Positions 1 to 9,343 of a stretch of DNA of 64,000 nucleotides are shown piece after piece. Source of the DNA: Acidobacteriota bacterium (GTDB lineage Bacteria; Acidobacteriota; UBA6911; RPQK01; JADFOI01); assembly GCA_963663035.1 (NCBI GenBank), contig OY760074.1, positions 3,456,001 through 3,520,000 of the forward strand, written 5' to 3'. The notes under the pieces were generated by a model. The model ran no database searches. It had not been told where the DNA came from and saw only the letters and a program-made list of their open reading frames with translations. Position 1 is the stretch's first letter. Each line of letters opens with the position of its first letter. Position numbers and translations under genes: made by a program.

Positions 1-1
1 G

Positions 2-613
2 CACGATGCTGTCAGCGTTATTGGCGATGTCCAGATTCGCAACCTGGGCACGATCGGGGGGAGTTTGGCTCATGCCGATCCGGCTGGAGACCTGGCTCCT
101 GTTCTGCTCGCATTGGGCGCCTCAGTGAACACCCTCAGCTCTAGCGGAGAGCGAACCCTGAAGCTCGATGAGCTTATTGTGGATGCTTATTCGACAGACC
201 TGGGCAGTGATGAGGTGATCACCCAGGTGCTGGTACCGGTCCCCCAGGCTGGCAGTGGCGGGGCCTATCTGAAGTTCGAACGTCGGGCCGGAGACTTTGC
301 TGTGGCCAGCGTTGGGATACAGGTCAGTGTGAAGGAGGATGGTACCTGCGGCGACATCTCTGTTGCACTGGGAGCCGTGGGAGTCACAGCGATTCGTGCC
401 AGGAAGGCAGAGGCATTGTTGCGGGAAAAGCAGGTGGACGAGGCTCTCCTGAAGGAGGCAGCGGCCCAGGCTTCTGGGGAAGCCGATCCCTTCTCCGATA
501 TCCGGGGATCGGATGAGTACAAGCGTCATTTAGTCGGTGTGCTTTTTCAGAGAGCTTTTGCCATGGCTTTGAGGCGGGCCCGAGGGGAAGAGGTGAACAC
601 GGCTCATGGCTGA
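2..613 (+). CDS. coxM: Molybdo-flavoprotein (CO dehydrogenase/xanthine dehydrogenase family) FAD-binding medium subunit, 5'-truncated by the window
   Basis: Frame is open from base 2 (HDAVSVIGDVQIRNLGTIGGSLAHADP), which contains the RNxGTIGG FAD motif; C-terminal DIRGSDEYKRHL is typical of CoxM/CutM; coxG follows. Confidence 0.85.
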   Translation, partial: HDAVSVIGDVQIRNLGTIGGSLAHADPAGDLAPVLLALGASVNTLSSSGERTLKLDELIVDAYSTDLGSDEVITQVLVPVPQAGSGGAYLKFERRAGDFAVASVGIQVSVKEDGTCGDISVALGAVGVTAIRARKAEALLREKQVDEALLKEAAAQASGEADPFSDIRGSDEYKRHLVGVLFQRAFAMALRRARGEEVNTAHG

Positions 614-644
614 GAAAAAAAAGTGATAAAAGGAGAAAAGTAAG

Positions 645-1094
645 ATGCAATTGGAAGGAGAATTTACCGTTCAGGCCGATCAAGAGACGGCCTATAAGTT
701 CCTTGTCGATCCTGACCTGGTCACCCGCAGCATGCCGGATGTACAGGAAGTGGAAATAGAGGATGAGAATAACTTCACCGTAAAAGCCAAGGTGGGCATT
801 TCCCACATTAGAGGGACAATGGTCATGAAAATGCGCATCGCCGAGAAGAAAGAACCGGTGAGTGCCAAGGTGGTTGGGCAAGGAGCAGGAATGGCAAGTG
901 TCGTGGATATGACCACCATCTTCACCCTGGAGAAGGCAGGAGAGGGGGAGACTCGAATTACCTGGAGTGGCGAGATGAAGGTTGGAGGTAAACTGGCCTC
1001 CTTTGGAGCCGGGGGGCTTATGGAACGTGTTGCCAAAAAGAATCTCGAGAAGTTCGTCGCTGGCATCCAGGAGGGTATACAAGCAAGCACTTAG
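645..1094 (+). CDS. coxG: CoxG / SRPBCC family protein
   Basis: 149 aa starting MQLEGEFTV, with a VGGKLASFG motif; aggag RBS; adjacent to coxM. Confidence 0.8.
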   Translation: MQLEGEFTVQADQETAYKFLVDPDLVTRSMPDVQEVEIEDENNFTVKAKVGISHIRGTMVMKMRIAEKKEPVSAKVVGQGAGMASVVDMTTIFTLEKAGEGETRITWSGEMKVGGKLASFGAGGLMERVAKKNLEKFVAGIQEGIQAST

Positions 1095-1112
1095 GGGCAG
1101 TTGCTCGAAATT

Positions 1113-1138
1113 TAGCCGGGATTATGCATAGATTTTCT
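1113..1138 (+). repeat. Solo left end of the ~200-bp palindromic element family
   Basis: tagccgggattatgcatagattttct matches the left end at 7667 (tagccgggagaatgcatagattttct) with 2 mismatches. Confidence 0.6.
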
Positions 1139-1152
1139 CCTGTTGCAAGGCT

Positions 1153-3321
1153 ATGAATTTCCCAAAGCTGAAATGGATTTTGCCTCTTTTGGTCCTGCTG
1201 ATCGCTGAATCGGCCCTCTTCGCTTCCCCACAGAAGGCAGTCTCAGCCCATTGGCGGGAGACCCCCATCACAATAGATGGTCAACTGGACGAGCCTGCCT
1301 GGGCTGTGGCCGAGCCCGTCTCGGATTTCGTTCAAGTGGAGCCAGTTGAGGGTGACCCTCCGACTGAACGTACGGAAGTGCGTGTTCTGTTTGATGACGA
1401 GAGGCTATACATTGGAGTCTACCTCTACGACTCAGCACCCGATCAGATACTGACCAATGACCTTCAGCGCGACTTCGACACTCATGAGAGCGATATCTTT
1501 GGAGTCATCATCGATGCCTTTAACAGCGATCGTGCCAGCGTTTCCTTCTTCACCAATTCGGGAGGCGCCAAACAGGACACCCAGGCGCTGAGCGACGGAC
1601 GCTACCTCAATCCATCTTGGGATGGCATTTGGTACACCGCTTCCATGGTTCAAGAGGACGGCTGGAGTAGTGAGATTGTCATTCCCTTTACAACCCTGCG
1701 CTTTGAAGCCCAAGAAAAGCAAACCATGGGGATTAATTTCAAGCGGAGGATCCGTCGCAAGAATGAGGATCTCTACTGGAGTCTCGTGCCTCGTCAATAC
1801 AACAGTCACCACGTTTCTGAGATTGGAGACCTGCTGTTTGACAGGGAGATCAGTCCCGGCCGCAACCTCCAACTGAAGCCTTTTCTTACCGCAGATCTGA
1901 CACAGGTGGACGTGGGCAGCGGAACATCCAACGACTTTTCTTCCGAAGGGGGACTGGATGTGAAGTACAGTCTCACCTCTGGGCTCACACTGGACGGGAC
2001 CTATAATACGGACTTCTCACAAGTCGAGGTCGATACGGCTCAAATCAATCTGACCCGTTTCAACTCATTTTTCCCGGAGAAAAGGGAATTCTTCCTGGAG
2101 AATGCCAATCTCTTTCAATTTGGTGAGATTCCAGGAGAACGGGGCCCTCGTCGCACCGAAGAGACCCAGCTCTTTTTCAGTCGCCGCATCGGTCTCTCAT
2201 CGTCGGGCCAGCCGCTCCCCTTACTGGGTGGGGCCAGACTATCGGGGCGAGTGGGCCGCTTTGGCCTGGGTTTGTTGAATATTCAACAGGAGGAATCCGA
2301 TGAAGGGACGCCCTCCAATAACTTCACAGTGATGCGCTTGCGCTATGATGTTCTTGGGAATTCAGACGTTGGAGCCATTTTCGTTGACCGCGAGGGGGGA
2401 GACCCGGGCGACTACAATCGCTCCTATGGAGTCGACGCGAATTTCCAATTTTTCCAAAATCTCACCCTGAACTCCTACCTGGCCAGGACACAGACTCCCG
2501 GTGCCAGCGGGGAAGATTTCGTGGGCAAGATCTCCGGCCAATGGAGTGACGGGTTTCTGCTGGTGAGAGGACTCTTTACGGAGATCGGTGAAAACTTCAA
2601 TCCGGAAGTCGGACTGTCTCCTCGCCGCGGCGTCCGGGTTTACCAATACCACTTCGATCTCAAACCACGCCCGGCGGGCGGTTTTATCCGGGAGTTTCAT
2701 CCTCACTCCAATACCAAGTACTATACGGATCGCGACAACATCACCTTAACGAAAGATGCTCACCATGCACTCTCGATCATCTTTGCCGATGGCGGTACCT
2801 TTGAAGTGAGCCATAACCCGCAGTTTGAGCGGCTGAGAGTTCCCTTTAGGTTGCGGGAGAATATCACCATCCCACCGGGAGACTACCGTTTCAACGAATT
2901 CAAGACCCAGTACACCTCCGATCGCAGCCAACTTTTGTCGGGTTCCATCAATCTGGAGAAGGCCGGCTTTTTCGGTGGGGATCGAACCAGTGTTGCCCTC
3001 TCGGGTACCCTTTTGGTCAAGCCTCGTCTCTCAACCCAAGTGGACTATAAATATAACTTTGTGGACGTGGAAGCGGGAAGTTTCCGGGCCGACCTCTATG
3101 GTTTTCGGCTGCACTATTCCTTTAGCTCTCGCATGTTCGCCGATCTCTTCCTACAGTACAACACGGACAGTGGGAAGATTCTGACCAACGCGCGCTTCAA
3201 TTTGATTCACCGTCCCTTGAGCGACATCACCCTGGTTTTTACCGAAGAGCGTTTCACCGGGGGCGTCACGGACATTACCCATGCCGTTATTTTCAAGTAC
3301 ACTCATTTACTGCAGTTTTAG
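1153..3321 (+). CDS. Secreted CBM9-like/DUF5916 domain protein
   Basis: Signal peptide; IDGQLDEPAW, WDGIW, EIVIPF and NTDFSQVEVD...FFPEKREFFLE motifs; beta-rich C-terminus ending in F. Confidence 0.75.
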   Translation: MNFPKLKWILPLLVLLIAESALFASPQKAVSAHWRETPITIDGQLDEPAWAVAEPVSDFVQVEPVEGDPPTERTEVRVLFDDERLYIGVYLYDSAPDQILTNDLQRDFDTHESDIFGVIIDAFNSDRASVSFFTNSGGAKQDTQALSDGRYLNPSWDGIWYTASMVQEDGWSSEIVIPFTTLRFEAQEKQTMGINFKRRIRRKNEDLYWSLVPRQYNSHHVSEIGDLLFDREISPGRNLQLKPFLTADLTQVDVGSGTSNDFSSEGGLDVKYSLTSGLTLDGTYNTDFSQVEVDTAQINLTRFNSFFPEKREFFLENANLFQFGEIPGERGPRRTEETQLFFSRRIGLSSSGQPLPLLGGARLSGRVGRFGLGLLNIQQEESDEGTPSNNFTVMRLRYDVLGNSDVGAIFVDREGGDPGDYNRSYGVDANFQFFQNLTLNSYLARTQTPGASGEDFVGKISGQWSDGFLLVRGLFTEIGENFNPEVGLSPRRGVRVYQYHFDLKPRPAGGFIREFHPHSNTKYYTDRDNITLTKDAHHALSIIFADGGTFEVSHNPQFERLRVPFRLRENITIPPGDYRFNEFKTQYTSDRSQLLSGSINLEKAGFFGGDRTSVALSGTLLVKPRLSTQVDYKYNFVDVEAGSFRADLYGFRLHYSFSSRMFADLFLQYNTDSGKILTNARFNLIHRPLSDITLVFTEERFTGGVTDITHAVIFKYTHLLQF

Positions 3322-3488
3322 AAGAAGGTACTCAGACGCCCGTGAAGTTCCGGCAACCGAGTCATCCCCTGTCATGCCTGCACCGGGACCCCAAGGGTTG
3401 CGGCGGCCCCTTTGGTTGAATCGACCCCTGCGCCCGGTCCCAGAGGCGTTCTATTTAAACGAGGAATTCTAAAGAAGGAGGAGCAAGA

Positions 3489-5273
3489 ATGTTGGCATTA
3501 GGCACCAAACGAAGAGTATTTCTGCTTGCGGCGTTTACGGTTGCCCTTACTGTGGCATGGACTGAAGCCCAGGAGATTCCTTCCGTTCTGGTTCGATATC
3601 CGGAGGTGGTTGTCCACAATGGAAAGATTGTCACCATGGATGACGATTCCCTGACGCTTCCCGGTTCTCCCGGTACCGTGGTTCAGGCGATGGCCGTGCG
3701 AGATGGCAGGGTTTTGGCGCTGGGGAGTGATGAGGAGGTACTGAGGCTGGTGGGTCCGGAGACACGCACTTTTGACGTCGGGGGCAGGACTGTGATCCCG
3801 GGACTGATCGAAAAACACAGTCACATCCACAACTATGCCATCGCTAACCACAACGAAGGGCTGGTTCTCCCTTTTTATGGCACTTCTGTGGGAGGGGATA
3901 ATGTCGAGGAGGTACTCAAAAACGTCCGCGATCATCTCAGCGAACTGAAAGACCAGGTGCAACCCGGATTGCCCATTTGGATGGCCATTCCCCGCCGAGT
4001 GGGTCCTTTAGCCATAGCCCGGGGTGTGCTGAATAAAAGGCTTCTGGATGAACTGGCTCCCAGACACCCGGTCTTTGTTCGCGCTCCCGTAAGCAGTTAT
4101 ATTTTCAATTCGGCGGGACGCAAGCTGTTGGATGAGTATGCTCCCAAGTATGCGGGGAAACCGGATGAAGCTGTTGTAGGTGGGCGCGTTGCGGAGATTT
4201 TTCTTAATGGTGCTGTCATGGTAGGACACGAAGAAGTGCTGGCTGCAGCGCTGGAGCGGGAAATGAGTCATTTTGCTTCCTTTGGAGTTACCACTATTGG
4301 AAGCCGGGTGCATACACCTGCCATCTTCAAGGCCTATCGCATCTTAGACAGCCTGGAGAGAATGCCTGCCCGTTTTGCCATTTACATGCACGCAGAACTC
4401 TCAGGACAAGCCGAATACTTCAAGTTCTATGGAGATCATACCGGGATGGGAAGCAGTGATTACCTGTGGGAAGCGGGTGTGAGCTTGGAGGGATTTGACA
4501 CTTTCAGCGGGGACGTCTGGTGTACGGATGTTCCTCCCATCGATCCCGTGGTGGCGGAGATGTTGGGGCGAGTGGAACCCTGCCGGGGCGCCCACGGCCA
4601 CTTGGAACGAGAACAGATCCAGGGGATGCTGGACGCCGAGTTGAGAACGGTGCAGATTCATGGGGGGGCCGATAAGACCATTGATTATTTCTTTGAGGCC
4701 CTCGAAGAGGCCATGGAAAAAACGGGAATGACGATTGAGGAGGTGCGCGCAAAACAGCATACCCTGGAACATCTTAGATTCGTCAGGCCCGACCAGATTG
4801 CCAAATTCAGGCATTATGGAATAATTGCCGGACCGGATAATGCTAGCTGCGCTAGGACTGCCGTCAATTGGTATGGAGAAAAGTATGCTACATGGGTCAA
4901 GCCGATTCGAAGTTTTGTGGAAGCGGGTGTCTACGTTGCCCATGCAGCTGACACTCACTTGAGAGAGGATGGGAACACTCCCTGGTCCAATATGTGGTGG
5001 GAAGTGACTCGCCAATGCGAAGATGGAAAGATCTACGGCGATGCATCAGAAGCGGTGGATCGGGTAACGGCTTTAAAAACCCATACCACCTGGGCAAGGA
5101 AGTATCTGGCAAGGGAGGACATTGGTTTTCTGAAAGCCGGGAATCTTGCAGACTTGGTGGTCCTGGACAAGGATTATTTCACGGTCCCAGTCGATGATAT
5201 TCCGTCGATTAAGGCGGTGTTGACGATAGTGGGGGGCAAGGTGAGCCATCAGAGTCGCGATGTCTCCTTTTGA
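3489..5273 (+). CDS. Secreted amidohydrolase 3 (YtcJ-like) family protein
   Basis: Signal peptide; NGKIVTMD, GRTVIPGLIEKHSH and GNLADLVVLDKDYF motifs; strong aaggagg RBS. Confidence 0.8.
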   Translation: MLALGTKRRVFLLAAFTVALTVAWTEAQEIPSVLVRYPEVVVHNGKIVTMDDDSLTLPGSPGTVVQAMAVRDGRVLALGSDEEVLRLVGPETRTFDVGGRTVIPGLIEKHSHIHNYAIANHNEGLVLPFYGTSVGGDNVEEVLKNVRDHLSELKDQVQPGLPIWMAIPRRVGPLAIARGVLNKRLLDELAPRHPVFVRAPVSSYIFNSAGRKLLDEYAPKYAGKPDEAVVGGRVAEIFLNGAVMVGHEEVLAAALEREMSHFASFGVTTIGSRVHTPAIFKAYRILDSLERMPARFAIYMHAELSGQAEYFKFYGDHTGMGSSDYLWEAGVSLEGFDTFSGDVWCTDVPPIDPVVAEMLGRVEPCRGAHGHLEREQIQGMLDAELRTVQIHGGADKTIDYFFEALEEAMEKTGMTIEEVRAKQHTLEHLRFVRPDQIAKFRHYGIIAGPDNASCARTAVNWYGEKYATWVKPIRSFVEAGVYVAHAADTHLREDGNTPWSNMWWEVTRQCEDGKIYGDASEAVDRVTALKTHTTWARKYLAREDIGFLKAGNLADLVVLDKDYFTVPVDDIPSIKAVLTIVGGKVSHQSRDVSF

Positions 5274-5326
5274 AGATTCGCGAAATTCAGGTTCTTGTTG
5301 ATGTGGGAAGATAAGGGGACTCACGA

Positions 5327-7669
5327 TTGACATTCCCGATGGCGATGACCCTGGCCATCCTTCTGCTGGCCGTTGTGCTGTTCGTGACCGAGCGGCTGCG
5401 GGTCGATGTGGTGGCCATGGTGGTTTTAGTCAGCCTGGTTCTGACCGGCTTGGTCACTTCGGAGAAGGCACTATCCGGATTCAGTAACCCAGCGGTGGTG
5501 ACCGTCTGGGCAGTTTTCATTCTCAGTGGCGGCCTCTCTCGGACGGGTGTGGCCAACCTGGTGGGCCGATATCTCCTACGCCTGGCCAACCACGGCGAAG
5601 TCCGACTTTCAGTGATGATCATGCTGACGGCTGGTATCCTGTCGGCTTTCATGAACAACGTGGGTGTGGTCGCGCTGCTTTTGCCCGTGGTCATGGATAT
5701 TTCCCGCCGCACCGGCACTTTGCCCTCAAAGTTGTTGATCCCTCTATCTTTTAGCGGACTCCTGGGTGGGCTCACCACCCTCATCGGTACGCCACCGAAT
5801 ATTCTCATCAGTAACCTGGCGGATGACTTCGGTATGAGCCCCTTTCGGTTTTTCGATTTCACGCCGGTCGGCCTGCCCGTTATGTTAGCTGGGATTGCCT
5901 TTCTGGCCCTGATTGGGCCTCGCCTCCTGCCCACAAGAGACTTGAGCAAAGTGGCTACGCGCGGCGAAACAGATCTGAAAAAGTTCTTCACCTTGGATGA
6001 GCAAATGTTCATTGTAGGCTTGGGGCCGGACTCCTTTTTGGCCGGCAAGACCCTGGCTCAAAGCCGCCTGGGCTCAGCTCTGGGGTTGATCGTCATTGGC
6101 ATTATCCGCGATGGGCGAACCAAATTGGCGCCTCATCCCAACACCACTCTTAAAGCTGGGGACAGATTACTAGTTGAGGGACAGCCGACTCAGTTCACCG
6201 AACTCCGTGGGCAACAGCTTGTGGTGGAAGACGATGACGTGAGCGTCGAGAGACTGATTACATCTGAAATCAATATGGCCGAGGTCAGGCTCTCCCTCGA
6301 TTCCGCACTTCTGGGCCAGACAGTGAAGGAAATAGATTTCCGCCGGCTTATGGGGATTAACGTACTGACCCTTTGGCGCCAGGGCGTCCCTCAAAAGAGT
6401 AACCTGCAGGATACTCCGCTGCAGACTGGAGACATCTTGCTGGTACAGGCAGCACGTGCACAGCTGGATGCGCTGAGGGATGATCCCAACATTATCGTCT
6501 CCAGAGTCGACCAGGCCAGAGTCTATCAACTGAACGAAAGGCTTCTCCTGGTGGGGGTCCCGCCGGAATCACTCCTGGTCGGGAAGACCTTGGCCGAGAG
6601 CCGGCTGGGGGATGCCTTCGGTGTGACGGTGTTAGGTATCGTCCGCGAGGGGACGACCCATCTGATGCCCAAGCCTTCAGAAGAACTGAAGGCTGGTGAC
6701 AGTTTGCTGGTTGAAGGACAGCTGGACGACCTGGTGACGATGCGTGGCCTCCAGACCCTGGAAGTGGAGTCCCAGGCCCCGCCAGACCTCAGCGAGCTGG
6801 AGTCGGAAAGCATCGGCCTGACAGAGGTGGTGCTAACCCCTCACACCACCCTGGTAGGGAAAACACTGGGCCAGCTTCACTTCCGCGAAAAATACGGGTT
6901 AAGTGTGCTGGCTATATGGCGCGAGGGTGAGGTCTATCGCTCCGACCTGCGTGACATGGAACTGCGCTTCGGCGATGCTCTTTTGTTTCACGGTCCTCGA
7001 GAGAAGTTGAAGATACTGAGCGATGAACCGGATTTTCTGGTGCTAACCGGGAAAGTGCAGGCAGTGCCACTGCTGCACAAAGCGCCCATCGCTACTCTGG
7101 TGATGGTTTTTGTGGTGCTGTCGGTCATGCTTGGGTGGCTTCCGATTTCCATGGCCACCGTGGCAGGAGCGACCGTGATGATCCTGACGGGCTGCCTGAC
7201 GATGGACGAGGCTTACCGCTTTATCGACTGGCGCGCCGTCTTTCTCATCGCCGGCATGCTGTCCTTGGGGGTTGCCATCCAGGAAAGCGGCACTTCACAG
7301 TTCATCTCCCAGGCTATCCTCTCACCGATCGGTGGGTTTGGGCCACTGGCCGTGCTGACCGGTGTCTTTGTCATAACCGCCCTGGCTGCCCAGGTCATGC
7401 CCACTCCCGCTGTGGCAGTGCTGATGGCTCCCATTGCCTTGAACACCGCTTCCACGTTCGGCATGTCCCCGCAAGCCCTCCTGATGACGGTGGCGATGGC
7501 TGCCTCTGCCAGCTTTATGAGCCCGGTGGCTCACCCGGCCAACATGCTTGTGATGGGCCCCGGCGGCTATCGCTTTACCGACTACACCAAGATAGGCTTG
7601 CCCCTCACGCTGGTGATCCTGGTGGTGGTCTTGCTGGTGCTGCCCATCTTCTGGCCCCTCTATCCTTAG
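5327..7669 (+). CDS. SLC13/DASS family permease with multiple TrkA-C (RCK_C) domains
   Basis: SAFMNN and TLIGTPPN motifs; four GKTL...GDxLL repeats; C-terminal PGGYRFTDY. Confidence 0.9.
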   Translation: MTFPMAMTLAILLLAVVLFVTERLRVDVVAMVVLVSLVLTGLVTSEKALSGFSNPAVVTVWAVFILSGGLSRTGVANLVGRYLLRLANHGEVRLSVMIMLTAGILSAFMNNVGVVALLLPVVMDISRRTGTLPSKLLIPLSFSGLLGGLTTLIGTPPNILISNLADDFGMSPFRFFDFTPVGLPVMLAGIAFLALIGPRLLPTRDLSKVATRGETDLKKFFTLDEQMFIVGLGPDSFLAGKTLAQSRLGSALGLIVIGIIRDGRTKLAPHPNTTLKAGDRLLVEGQPTQFTELRGQQLVVEDDDVSVERLITSEINMAEVRLSLDSALLGQTVKEIDFRRLMGINVLTLWRQGVPQKSNLQDTPLQTGDILLVQAARAQLDALRDDPNIIVSRVDQARVYQLNERLLLVGVPPESLLVGKTLAESRLGDAFGVTVLGIVREGTTHLMPKPSEELKAGDSLLVEGQLDDLVTMRGLQTLEVESQAPPDLSELESESIGLTEVVLTPHTTLVGKTLGQLHFREKYGLSVLAIWREGEVYRSDLRDMELRFGDALLFHGPREKLKILSDEPDFLVLTGKVQAVPLLHKAPIATLVMVFVVLSVMLGWLPISMATVAGATVMILTGCLTMDEAYRFIDWRAVFLIAGMLSLGVAIQESGTSQFISQAILSPIGGFGPLAVLTGVFVITALAAQVMPTPAVAVLMAPIALNTASTFGMSPQALLMTVAMAASASFMSPVAHPANMLVMGPGGYRFTDYTKIGLPLTLVILVVVLLVLPIFWPLYP

Positions 7670-7869
7670 CCGGGAGAATGCATAGATTTTCTACTGCAGT
7701 GCCGCAATCATCCGCGCTGACTGCGTTATGCGACCCGCAAGCGGGTACCCCTCGTCCGCCAGTCGGAGCCGCAGGCTTTAGCCTGCGGGCCCGTGGGCTA
7801 AAGCCCACGGCTCTGTTTTCCGGCGCCTGCGGCACTTCGTCACGAAAACCTATGCATTCTCCCGGCTTA
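7667..7869. mobile_element. ~200-bp palindromic MITE/REP-like element, copy 1
   Basis: ~24-bp terminal inverted repeats (agccgggagaatgcatagattttc / gaaaacctatgcattctcccggct); internal palindromes ccgcaggctttagcctgcgg and ccgtgggctaaagcccacgg; related copies at 32276 and 45444. Confidence 0.8.
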
Positions 7870-7880
7870 GCCGAATTCCT

Positions 7881-9296
7881 CTAGAAGAAACGCCAGAGCC
7901 ACCATTTTTCAAAGCCAACCTTCGCCCAGTAGATCAGCTGGGAAGGTCCCCAGGCACGACTCTCAGCCGCACCAAAGGGAGGCCAGCCAGCCGGATAGAC
8001 GGTGCGATTTGCAGCGGCGCGACCCGCGCCGAAAGCCAGCAGTCATAGGGTGTGCAGGCGGAAGTTTGTGGGTTCTCCATTACCTGTTATTTCCACCGTC
8101 AGGTTGTGAGCTACCACTTCAGCTTGTTGATGAGCGACGCCGCCCGCGCAGTCACCGATGCAGTACACATTGCCCCAACGAGTCATCGATTTGGAGACCG
8201 GCATGTTCGCGCAGTCGTAGTACACATTGCCCCAACGAGTCATCAGGGTATCGTAGTCCACCCCCGCTTGTGTCTCGACCAGGCTGCTGTCCAGCAGCAC
8301 CTGAGCCGGTTGATGGGGTGGAACCAGAAAAAGCAGATCGTATGGGAGTTCGTAGCCGTAAAGGGCCTTGACGACTTTGCGCTGGGAATCGATGGACTGA
8401 ACCGAAAATGAGTAATGTTGCTGGACTCCTCTCTTCTTGCTCTGCGCGTCCATCCACACCGCCGGAGTGCGATCTTCTCCTGCCGGCTCCGGGTTGGGAG
8501 TAAAAAATTCGATCTGTACCTTTTCGCGCAGCCCTCGGTCTTGGAAGTAACTGTCCAGCATCCACTGGGCTTCGTAGGGTGCAGGAGGGCACCGGTAGGG
8601 CCCGGGTGGAACTCCTACTAGAATCCGACCCTCTTGAAAGGATTCAAGAGTCTTTCGCAAGCGCAGCGTGGCCTCCAGCTCCCAGCTGTGTTGAGCCGCC
8701 TCGGTAAAGCCCGGAAGCAGCTCCGGTGCCGTACGCAGGCCCAGTGAGATGATCAGGTAGTCATAGGAGATGGGCCCGCTGTCCAGCAGGACCTCCTGGC
8801 GCTTGGGGTCGATCCCCTCAATTTCGGCCTGGATCACTTGGACATTGCGTTGCTCAAGCTTTTTTAGCTTGCGCACGATATCGTTCGGTTGTCTCTGCCC
8901 CACCATCAAGAAAAGGAAGCCCGGCATGAAGATGTGTTCGGTCCGTCGATCGATCAATATCACGTCGTGATCCTTGCCCAGATTGATCCCCAGCTGTGTC
9001 GCGGCTACCAGGCCTCCACTTCCACCTCCCAGCACCAGGATCTTGCGGCGCTTGGTTGTGGGCGGCTTCGGTGTCATGAGATGGAGATCGTTGAGCCGAC
9101 GCTGGCGCCACAACCGTTGGTCTTCCACGCCCTCCTGGGTCATTTCGCTGGCGAACTCCGAGGTGGAACTCAGGAGAAAGGAGACAAAGGAATCTGACAT
9201 CTGCCTGATTGGCTCCAGCAGATGATTCGACCTGAGCGCGAATAAAAAGATTGCCACTGCAAAGAACAGACCGATCGCCAAAATCGAAGTTAGCAC
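7881..9296 (-). CDS. SQR/FCSD-family FAD-dependent oxidoreductase, probable selenoprotein (in-frame UGA at 8043-8045), with an N-terminal TM anchor
   Basis: GGGSGG Rossmann motif; YRCPPAPYE; frame continues 53 codons past the UGA to a family-typical C-terminus (YWAKVGFEKWWLWRFF, TAG at 7881); GTG start with GGAGG RBS. Confidence 0.8.
8015..8031 (-). promoter_or_regulatory. Putative bacterial SECIS hairpin
   Basis: mRNA reads UGA + 11 nt + CGGCGCG-GGU-CGCGCCG (perfect 7-bp stem, G/U apical loop). Confidence 0.65.
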
Positions 9297-9343
9297 AAGT
9301 CCTCCAGGTAATTGTCCATTCGGCAGCGACGAAGTGAGCCCGG

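Noticed and set aside
606-626. Mini-ORF MAEKKK overlapping the coxM stop, as a coxS remnant or UGA readthrough into coxG
   Set aside because: The TGA is followed immediately by TAA, and it is too short to support any homology.
3335-3450. GC-rich intergenic stretch with possible pairing (ccggg/cccgg) as a riboswitch or ncRNA
   Set aside because: No recognisable Rfam motif by eye; an Infernal search would be needed.
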